Origin: an uncultured Chitinophagales bacterium
GTDB taxonomy: Bacteria; Bacteroidota; Ignavibacteria; UBA10030; UBA6906
NCBI GenBank assembly: GCA_964444145.1
Contig: CAYUFU010000002.1
Span: forward strand, 38,722-102,721
Reading direction: 5' to 3'
Length of the DNA: 64,000 nt
The notes below the pieces were generated by a model, which saw only the letters and a list, made by a program, of their open reading frames with translations, was not told where the DNA came from and made no database searches. Position 1 is the stretch's first letter; the number at the start of each line of letters is the position of its first letter. This document shows positions 10,201 through 15,434 of this stretch, piece after piece. The translations under genes and the position numbers were made by a program.

Positions 10201-11004
10201 CCCCGAAATAATTTCTTGGAGCGTGCGCTCACGTTCAATCCCAATGGGATCTTGAATGGTGCAGTGAATCTTGCGGTTGCGGGGAATTACGTTTATGTTT
10301 GCTGCGACCGCGGCGTCGTCATCGTCAGCATCGCAGATCCGATGAAGCCACGCGTTGCCGCCGAGATTCCGGCGCCTGCAATCACGAAGCCGAAAGCGAT
10401 TGCCATTCAATTCCGCTACGCGTTCGTCGTTGATGACCAAGGTGTGAAGGTGATTGACTTGACGTGGATGGATCAGCCGAAGCTCGTGAAGAGCGCCGTG
10501 GTTCCGCTGCAAGATGCGAATGATGTTTACGTTGCGCGAACGTACGCGTACGTTGCAGCCGGCGCTCAAGGGCTGGCGATTATTGACGTTGAAAATCCAG
10601 AAGCGCCGAGGCTTGAAAAGTTGTTCACAGCGGACGGCGCTATCACTGATGCGCAAGGAGTGAAAGTCGCCTCGACCAACGCGAGCCTGTTCGCGTACGT
10701 TGCCGATGGGAAAAATGGTTTGCGTGTCATTCAGCTCACGTCGCCGAAAACGCCCGGCTATTTAGGCTTCAGTCCGAAGCCCGTGCCGCAATTGATCGCG
10801 ACGATGCCGATGCGCGGCAGAGCGCTTGCTGTCTCGAAAGGGATGGATCGCGACCGCGCGGTGGACGAAAGCGGCAATCAGGTCAGCGTGTTCGGCAGGC
10901 TCGGCTCGCGCCCGTTCACGCACGATGAAATGCGGCAGATGTATTTGAAAGAGGGAAAGTTGTGGACTGTGACGGATGATGGGAGTGTTTCTCTCAAGAA
11001 ATGA
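7291..11004 (+). CDS. Decahaem c-type cytochrome fused to a C-terminal LVIVD-repeat beta-propeller (1237 aa)
   Basis: Ten CXXCH motifs in the first ~770 aa: CITCH, CIDCH, CGPCH, CTGCH, CMSCH, CVDCH x2, CQACH, CFGCH, CTDCH. The C-terminal ~450 aa consist of LVIVD-type repeats (YLYAACGEDGFRVYDVANVDN, YAYITDRYEGLILVDVMNL, YVYVCCDRGVVIVSIADPMKP, YAFVVDDQGVKVIDLTWMDQP, YAYVAAGAQGLAIIDVENPEAP, FAYVADGKNGLRVIQLTSPKTP). The N-terminus MNSFLLRAIITCVIIECL is hydrophobic (signal/anchor). Confidence 0.85.
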   Translation: MNSFLLRAIITCVIIECLRDTMIGQDSFINQTQADADRKSKGCITCHGGIEPMHKSSAVKLGCIDCHGGNPNATIADLAHVQPRFPDRWKTSANPPRTYTLLNEEYPEFVQFVNPGDLRVADKACGPCHNTTSDPIVRNVQKSLMTTSALLWGGAAYNNGIVSTKNYILGESYSWDGKPQKINTVPVPSAEDMKNKGVLPFVVPLPRWEITQPPDNFRSFERGGKVPRINPSEIGIPNPFEEPGRPDNKLSDRGTGTQLRISSPVLNIHKTRLNDPHLSFMGTNDNPGDYRSSGCTGCHVVYANDRSNFNAGPYAVFGNRGQSKTADTTISKRESGHPIKHQFTRAIPSSQCMSCHMHQPNAFVNTYLGYQMWDYETDAELMYPKQQKYPSNAEAFAMLARNPEEAVLRGNWSDQEFLANVSSLNPQLAHSQFSDYHGHGWVFRAVFKRDRKGNLLDKDGKVIPDNAPFKFDGVVPIEGVTPKTMSAASQSAQKAVHLKDIHLEKGMHCVDCHFKQDAHGDGKLKGEFHNAVEIQCVDCHGTMSARATLKTSGVAAPAGGTDLTQTFTPFGERRFRKTATSIRQRSTLVDTLSWEILQTVDSHTSGAAGYNKKAEAAHLMLKDGTIGKPNSPEEMFAHSYKKMECQACHTSWITNCFGCHLPQQANWKKQMNHYEGELSRNWTTYNPQVLRDDAYMLCLTGTTKGSKITTARSSSALVLSSVNANREQIYIQQAPISSPGHSSQAFNPHFSHAVRATETKQCTDCHVSSKNDNNAWMAQLLLQGTNFVNFIGKYAYVAAGDGGLEAVQVTEQDEPQAVIGSYLHSIAYPDYYKAHLDNRKQLRTSYHHSGSALSVQLRGEYLYAACGEDGFRVYDVANVDNKGFSERIVTSPVSPFGQDTHVKTRFATAVALPTNMPIDTRRRYRPENQEQAVEYNGKQLNLHPSYSYAYITDRYEGLILVDVMNLVDGDPRNNFLERALTFNPNGILNGAVNLAVAGNYVYVCCDRGVVIVSIADPMKPRVAAEIPAPAITKPKAIAIQFRYAFVVDDQGVKVIDLTWMDQPKLVKSAVVPLQDANDVYVARTYAYVAAGAQGLAIIDVENPEAPRLEKLFTADGAITDAQGVKVASTNASLFAYVADGKNGLRVIQLTSPKTPGYLGFSPKPVPQLIATMPMRGRALAVSKGMDRDRAVDESGNQVSVFGRLGSRPFTHDEMRQMYLKEGKLWTVTDDGSVSLKK

Positions 11005-11048
11005 AAAGCAATATCGAATATCGAACAAGGAATGTTGAATAACGAAGT
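11005..11048 (+). repeat. Cassette terminal repeat, copy A (AAAGCAATATCGAATATCGAACAAGGAATGTTGAATAACGAAGTG), directly after the cytochrome stop codon
   Basis: Shares GCAATATCGAA...CAAGGAATG...CGAAGTG blocks with copy B (11112-11146, same orientation) and with the inverted copy C (11577-11620). Confidence 0.6.
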
Positions 11049-11111
11049 GAGAGCGCAACGGCTGTGCTTGTTAGTTCATGACCTCCTTATCCAAAGCTCT
11101 GTAAGGAGATG

Positions 11112-11146
11112 AAAAACAATATCGAATATTGAACAAGGAATGTCGG
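11112..11146 (+). repeat. Cassette repeat, copy B (AAAAACAATATCGAATATTGAACAAGGAATGTCGGA)
   Basis: Direct repeat of copy A, 107 bp downstream. Overlaps the TTG-initiated 5' end of ORF 11129..11566. Confidence 0.55.
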
Positions 11147-11155
11147 ATTTTTCAA

Positions 11156-11566
11156 ATGAGGACGGTGATGGATTCGAGACAGAAGCGACAGTTTGATCTC
11201 GAAGAGCGGCTCATTGATTTTTCCTGCATGATCATTGACATCGTCGAGGCGCTCCCCGATACGAAAGTAGGCAATCATGTAGCGGGACAGATTCTGCGGT
11301 CTGGAACTTCACCTGCGCCGAATTATGCCGAAGCGACGAGCGCGGAATCGCGACAGGACTTCATTCACAAGATGAAAGTTTCGCTCAAGGAGTTTCGTGA
11401 GACGAACGTGTGGCTCAAAGTCATAAAGCGAAGAGCCCTTATCAAGCCTTTGGAAAAAATGGAGATTGCGCTGACCGAATGCCGCGAACTCATTTCGATT
11501 TTCGTAACGAGCATCGCGACAGCGAAACGAAATCTGAGGACAATCCCGAGGGCAAGTTCCAAATGA
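11156..11566 (+). CDS. Four-helix-bundle protein (TIGR02436-like, the family encoded inside 23S rRNA intervening sequences)
   Basis: MRTVMDSRQKRQFDLEERLIDFSCMIIDIVEALPDTKVGNHVAGQILRSGTSPAPNYAEATSAES...KMKVSLKEFRETNVWLKVIKR matches the conserved layout of this family. A paralogue lies at 17150-17590. ORF-track start 11129 is TTG; ATG at 11156 preferred. Confidence 0.7.
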   Translation: MRTVMDSRQKRQFDLEERLIDFSCMIIDIVEALPDTKVGNHVAGQILRSGTSPAPNYAEATSAESRQDFIHKMKVSLKEFRETNVWLKVIKRRALIKPLEKMEIALTECRELISIFVTSIATAKRNLRTIPRASSK

Positions 11567-12588
11567 AGTTCACCGGCACTTCGATATTCAATATTCGTCA
11601 TTCCTTGTTCGATATTGCTCTTATCCTTTTTGCGTTGTGGGGCGATGCTTTTGCACAAGGAAAATACCAAACGCTTGGTCCTTCCGGCTGCGGCATCGGT
11701 CAGGACAAGTGCCACGCGACCGAAAACGGACAGATGATCAAGCAGCACAAGAACTCCGCAACAAGTATTGCCGATGGAGAAAATTCACAAAAGTACGCGG
11801 ACGCGCTCGGCGTGAAAGAGTTTCTCCAAAGCCCCCAGTGCATGAATTGCCATGGAACGATTATTTCCGGCAAAGAAGGGAAGGAAGTCGAAGAAGGGGT
11901 GAGTTGCGAGAGTTGTCATGGCGCGGGAAGCGGCTACAAAGATCCGCACTCCGAAGGCCCGAAAGGTAGTGAAGGACAGCCTCGTCCTGGCTACACAAAA
12001 AGCCTCGCGCTGGGACTTGCCGATTTGAAGAAGCCGGAAGAGATAGCAAAAGCATGCGTGCGTTGTCACTACACGACGGATCAAAGACTTATCAGCGCAG
12101 GCCATCCCGATGGTGCCAAGTTTGCCTACAAGTCGAAAATGAAGGATGTAGCGGAGCACTGGAGGTACCGCGACAAAAAGAATGTTCCCGAAGGAGCGGT
12201 ATTCAAAGCAGCGATGGATCGTCGGGCGCCGGGCGCGAAATTCTCTCAGACGCCCAAGCCGGTTGCCCAGCAGGCTCCTGCGCAGCCACCGGTAAAAAGT
12301 CCAGCGCCGACTCCCCAAAAGCCGACTCCGCAAAGTGTTGACGTCACTGCGCCGCCGTTGCAGAAGCAGAACATCGGCGATCAGCCCGCGCCAACGCCGC
12401 GCGTGCGTAAGCCACCACCACCGCCTACACCTGTTGCCGCCGATCGCGACGCTGATCCCCCGCCGACTCCGGCCGAACTGAAAGATCTGCCGCCGTTTCC
12501 GGCGATCACCGAGAGCACGCGCGTTGATCGCATGCTGTTGTTGCTGAAAAAAAGGTTGGAGCTACTCTACACGAAGACAAAAAACTGA
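11563..12588 (+). CDS. Small exported c-type cytochrome (3 canonical CXXCH plus one CX6CH-like site) with a Pro-rich C-terminal tail
   Basis: Signal peptide MKFTGTSIFNIRHSLFDIALILFALWGDAFAQG. Haem motifs CMNCH, CESCH, CVRCH, plus CGIGQDKCH. Tail PKPVAQQAPAQPPVKSPAPTPQKPTPQ...KPPPPPTP. ORF-track start 11410 overlaps the four-helix-bundle gene in another frame and is rejected. ATG 11563 yields the signal peptide. Confidence 0.75.
   Translation: MKFTGTSIFNIRHSLFDIALILFALWGDAFAQGKYQTLGPSGCGIGQDKCHATENGQMIKQHKNSATSIADGENSQKYADALGVKEFLQSPQCMNCHGTIISGKEGKEVEEGVSCESCHGAGSGYKDPHSEGPKGSEGQPRPGYTKSLALGLADLKKPEEIAKACVRCHYTTDQRLISAGHPDGAKFAYKSKMKDVAEHWRYRDKKNVPEGAVFKAAMDRRAPGAKFSQTPKPVAQQAPAQPPVKSPAPTPQKPTPQSVDVTAPPLQKQNIGDQPAPTPRVRKPPPPPTPVAADRDADPPPTPAELKDLPPFPAITESTRVDRMLLLLKKRLELLYTKTKN
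11577..11620 (-). repeat. Cassette terminal repeat, copy C (inverted relative to A/B); lies inside the signal-peptide coding region of the 11563 cytochrome
   Basis: Reverse complement GAGCAATATCGAACAAGGAATGACGAATATTGAATATCGAAGTG matches copy A at both ends. Confidence 0.6.
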
Positions 12589-12590
12589 GA

Positions 12591-12619
12591 ACCACGGATT
12601 ACACGGATTTACACCGATT
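12591..12619 (+). repeat. Left inverted repeat (ACCACGGATTACACGGATTTACACCGATT) of a second small cassette
   Basis: Imperfect inverse partner CAATCCGTGCAATTCCGTGAAATCCGTGGTT at 12786-12816. Confidence 0.5.
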
Positions 12620-12625
12620 AGGTTT

Positions 12626-12712
12626 ATGGAAGAAGAAAAGCAAGAGTCGAAATTGCTTTATGAGGATCTGACCTATCAAATCATTGGCGCGGCGATGGAG
12701 GTCTCCGAGTAG
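12626..12712 (+). pseudogene. Truncated GxxExxY-family gene fragment (28 codons then TAG)
   Basis: MEEEKQESKLLYEDLTYQIIGAAMEVSE* matches the conserved N-terminus (LTxKIIGAAIEVH) of GxxExxY proteins, another family typical of 23S rRNA IVS. No continuation in any frame. Confidence 0.5.
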
Positions 12713-12785
12713 GATTGCTTCTGAATTTCGGGACGCTCAGTCTTGAATACAAAAGAAGAATTCTGTAAAGAGAAATTCCTAAAAA

Positions 12786-12816
12786 CAATCCGTGCAATTC
12801 CGTGAAATCCGTGGTT
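12786..12816 (-). repeat. Right inverted repeat of the GxxExxY-remnant cassette
   Basis: See 12591-12619. Confidence 0.5.
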
Positions 12817-12831
12817 AAATAATTCGTGATT

Positions 12832-14460
12832 ATGTCACTCGGTCAAACACAACTCAAACGTCTCGAACAGTATAAGGATCGTTGGACGTCATTCGGCGCA
12901 ACGACGGGCATCATCGAGCTGTCCGAAAAACCGACGCCTGAAGTCTTGAAACGCTTCGAGATCTTCAAAAGCTACGACGACAAATTCCTCGAGAAGATTT
13001 CGCCTGACGTTTCGGTTGCGCGATGGAAAGCAGGAACGGTGCTGTTCGAAGAGGGAAGTTATCTTGATCTTGCGTTCTTCGTTTTCTCGGGGACGGTGGA
13101 TGTGTATTTGGAAAAAACGCGAGGCACGCCATCACCTATTTTCGACCGTGGTAAAACACGAGTGATTACGGCTCCTCTTGAAGGCGGCACGCGCCCGACA
13201 TCGCCGCAGCGAACGATGTTCATGACGCAAGTCGGCAAGCAAGAACGCGCGACAGGGCAAATCACCTTTCTCGCTGCGATGGATTTCAATTTGCCGGCGG
13301 CAGCAACGATGCGGTTGGGCACAGGAGAGATGTTTGGTGAAATCGGCGCGCTGAGCGGCTGGCCCCAATCCGTCACCGCCAAAACTGCGAGCGAGTGCGT
13401 GCTCGTGCAAATCCGCACGGCGGCACTGCGACTCATGCGCAAACGCTCGAGTGCCCTCAAGCAGCGTCTCGACGCATTATACAAAGAACGCTCGCTGATC
13501 GCGCAGTTGCAGGCGACCCCGCTCTTTCGGGCTGCAAGCGAGTCGTTCATTCGCGCCGTTGCAGAAAAAGTTGACCTTGTCTCCTGCGAGCCGGACGATG
13601 TGCTGACGCGTGAGGGCGAACCGTGCGACGCGCTCTATTTGGTGCGCAGCGGTTTCATAAAACTCTCCCAGAAAGTGGGAGAGGGTGAGATTGTCGTCTC
13701 GTACCTTTCGAAAGGAAGTACACTCGGCGATGCGGAATTGTTGCTCGAGGGAAATCCTGGCTGGCTCTTCACGGCATCGTCGAAAGAGTATTCGGAGCTT
13801 GTCAAAATCCCGCGCACAGAATTCCAGAATCTCATGACGCAAAGCCCCGGTGCTGAGCGCATGTTGTGGGAATCCGTTGTTGCGCGTGTCAAGGAATCGG
13901 GCTTCAATCGGAAGAACATCGGGCAAGCGGAGTTTCTTTCCACCGCAATCAACAAAGGCTTGGTGGAAGGCAACAGCATGCTCGTCATTGATCTCAATGT
14001 TTGCACGCGTTGCGATGACTGTGTGCGCGGCTGTTCGGATACACACGGCGGCATACCGCGTTTCGTGCGCGAAGGGGACAAGGTTGGTAACTTTCTCGTT
14101 ACGCGTTCGTGCTACCATTGTCAAGACCCCGTCTGCTTGGTTGGCTGCCCGACGGGAGCAATACGGCGGACGGACGTCGGCGACGTTGTTGCCATCGAGG
14201 ATAACCTTTGCATCGGGTGCGCGTCATGCGCCAACAATTGTCCCTACGACGCGATCGTGATGCACAACGTCGGCGGCATGTGGCCCAGCGACATGATCCC
14301 CGAAGGGTTGCGCGGAAAAGAGAAAACACTCGCGACAAAATGCGATTTATGCTACAAGGACCCGGCGGGTCCCGCCTGCGTGCGCAGTTGTCCGCACGGC
14401 TGTGCAGTGCGTGTCGGCGACGTGCAGGAATTTCAATCGCTGCTCTGGAAGGAAGTGTGA
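12832..14460 (+). CDS. Two cyclic-nucleotide-binding (cNMP) domains fused to an NrfC/PsrB/HybA-like ferredoxin with four [4Fe-4S] clusters
   Basis: cNMP domain 1: GTVLFEEGSYLDLAFFVFSGTVDVY...GEMFGEIGALSGWPQSVTAKTASECVLVQI. cNMP domain 2: DDVLTREGEPCDALYLVRSGFIKL...LGDAELLLEGNPGWLFTASS. Four Cys clusters: CTRCDDCVRGC, CYHCQDPVCLVGCP, CIGCASCANNCP, CDLCYKDPAGPACVRSCP. No Tat or signal peptide, so predicted cytoplasmic. ORF-track start 12826 is GTG; ATG at 12832. Confidence 0.8.
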   Translation: MSLGQTQLKRLEQYKDRWTSFGATTGIIELSEKPTPEVLKRFEIFKSYDDKFLEKISPDVSVARWKAGTVLFEEGSYLDLAFFVFSGTVDVYLEKTRGTPSPIFDRGKTRVITAPLEGGTRPTSPQRTMFMTQVGKQERATGQITFLAAMDFNLPAAATMRLGTGEMFGEIGALSGWPQSVTAKTASECVLVQIRTAALRLMRKRSSALKQRLDALYKERSLIAQLQATPLFRAASESFIRAVAEKVDLVSCEPDDVLTREGEPCDALYLVRSGFIKLSQKVGEGEIVVSYLSKGSTLGDAELLLEGNPGWLFTASSKEYSELVKIPRTEFQNLMTQSPGAERMLWESVVARVKESGFNRKNIGQAEFLSTAINKGLVEGNSMLVIDLNVCTRCDDCVRGCSDTHGGIPRFVREGDKVGNFLVTRSCYHCQDPVCLVGCPTGAIRRTDVGDVVAIEDNLCIGCASCANNCPYDAIVMHNVGGMWPSDMIPEGLRGKEKTLATKCDLCYKDPAGPACVRSCPHGCAVRVGDVQEFQSLLWKEV

Positions 14461-15299
14461 TGCCAAAGTCACTACTCAGATCAATCCCTCTGGACAAGCT
14501 CGTCCGCTCTCCCGATTGGGCGGCGGGATTGCTTATCGCAAGCCTCGTGCTCGGCGCAATGTACGCACTGAACGCGTACCTTGACGAAATCAATCCGGGT
14601 AACTGGTGGGGCTTGACGTACGGCTGGCTTTCGGCGCTGCTCATGCTTGGCGCGGGTTTGTATGGCGTGCGACGAAGAATGTTAAACCGCAACATTGGCA
14701 ACTCAAAAGTCTGGGTACAGTTTCATATTTACGGGGGCTTGCTCGCGGGTTTGCTTTTCTTGTTTCATACCGGCTTTCGTTTTCCGAGCGGTCTGTTCAA
14801 TTGGCTGCTCTGGCTGCTCTCGGTTTGGGTGACGGTCAGCGGCGTCATCGGCGTCGTGTTGCAGCGATGGATTCCGCGCATTCTTGCGTCGGGACTTTCG
14901 ACCGAAGCGGTGTACGAGCGCATTCCTGAACTCATCGGGCACGTACGCGAGCGAGCCGAGAAACTTGCGAGTTCCTGTACGATGCCTGTGCAGGATTTTT
15001 ACCGCGCGACGCTCGCAGCGGAGTTCGCCATGCCGCGTCCGCGCCTCATTTATTATTTCGACGTGACCGGGGGGATTCAGTCGTGTATCAGACGCTTCGA
15101 GTTTCTTCGCCGCGTCCTCTCGGTCGAGGAGAAAGAAAAGCTCGATAGCTTACAAGACATGTATCGAACGAAATTGGAATTGGATGCACATTACTCGCTG
15201 CAGACTGCATTGCGGTGGTGGCTCTTCTCGCACGTGCCGCTCTCGCTTGTACTGCTGCTGATGATCGCACTGCATGTTTGGGCAGTGTGGTATTACTAA
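14460..15299 (+). CDS. Integral membrane protein (5 predicted TM helices, His-rich), candidate b-type cytochrome-like membrane anchor
   Basis: Start ATG overlaps the upstream TGA (gtgATGcc), i.e. translational coupling. Helices AAGLLIASLVLGAMYALNAYL, WWGLTYGWLSALLMLGAGLYGV, VWVQFHIYGGLLAGLLFLFHTGF, LFNWLLWLLSVWVTVSGVIGVVL, WWLFSHVPLSLVLLLMIALHVWAVWYY. His residues sit inside helices 3 and 5. Haem ligation is inference only. Confidence 0.65.
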   Translation: MPKSLLRSIPLDKLVRSPDWAAGLLIASLVLGAMYALNAYLDEINPGNWWGLTYGWLSALLMLGAGLYGVRRRMLNRNIGNSKVWVQFHIYGGLLAGLLFLFHTGFRFPSGLFNWLLWLLSVWVTVSGVIGVVLQRWIPRILASGLSTEAVYERIPELIGHVRERAEKLASSCTMPVQDFYRATLAAEFAMPRPRLIYYFDVTGGIQSCIRRFEFLRRVLSVEEKEKLDSLQDMYRTKLELDAHYSLQTALRWWLFSHVPLSLVLLLMIALHVWAVWYY

Positions 15300-15411
15300 C
15301 GTGGATTGATGGATTGATGGATTAATGGATTGATGGATTAATGGATTGATGACCAGGACCAAACCCTTCGATCCATTGATCCAACAATCCAACAATCCAA
15401 TAAGCCAGGAA
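15300..15411. repeat. Tandem GGATTGAT/GGATTAAT octamers (x6) followed by an inverse-type arm (ATCCATTGATCCAACAATCCAACAATCCAATAA); gene-less copy of the element at 17043-17635
   Basis: Directly visible: GTGGATTGATGGATTGATGGATTAATGGATTGATGGATTAATGGATTGATG ... CCAACAATCCAACAATCCAATAA. Confidence 0.7.
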
Positions 15412-15434
15412 TACTCCTAAGCTCTCAGAGGGTC

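Noticed and set aside
11410-11562. N-terminal 51-codon extension of the small cytochrome ORF
   Set aside because: Overlaps the four-helix-bundle gene in another frame and has no signal peptide. ATG 11563 gives a canonical signal peptide.
14208-14459. 5' extension of the membrane-protein ORF
   Set aside because: Lies inside the 12832..14460 FeS gene in another frame. ATGA stop/start coupling at 14460 explains the arrangement.
15300-15360. Possible CRISPR array (tandem GGATTGAT repeats)
   Set aside because: Unit is only 8 bp with no spacers. It is paired with an inverse arm. Not CRISPR.
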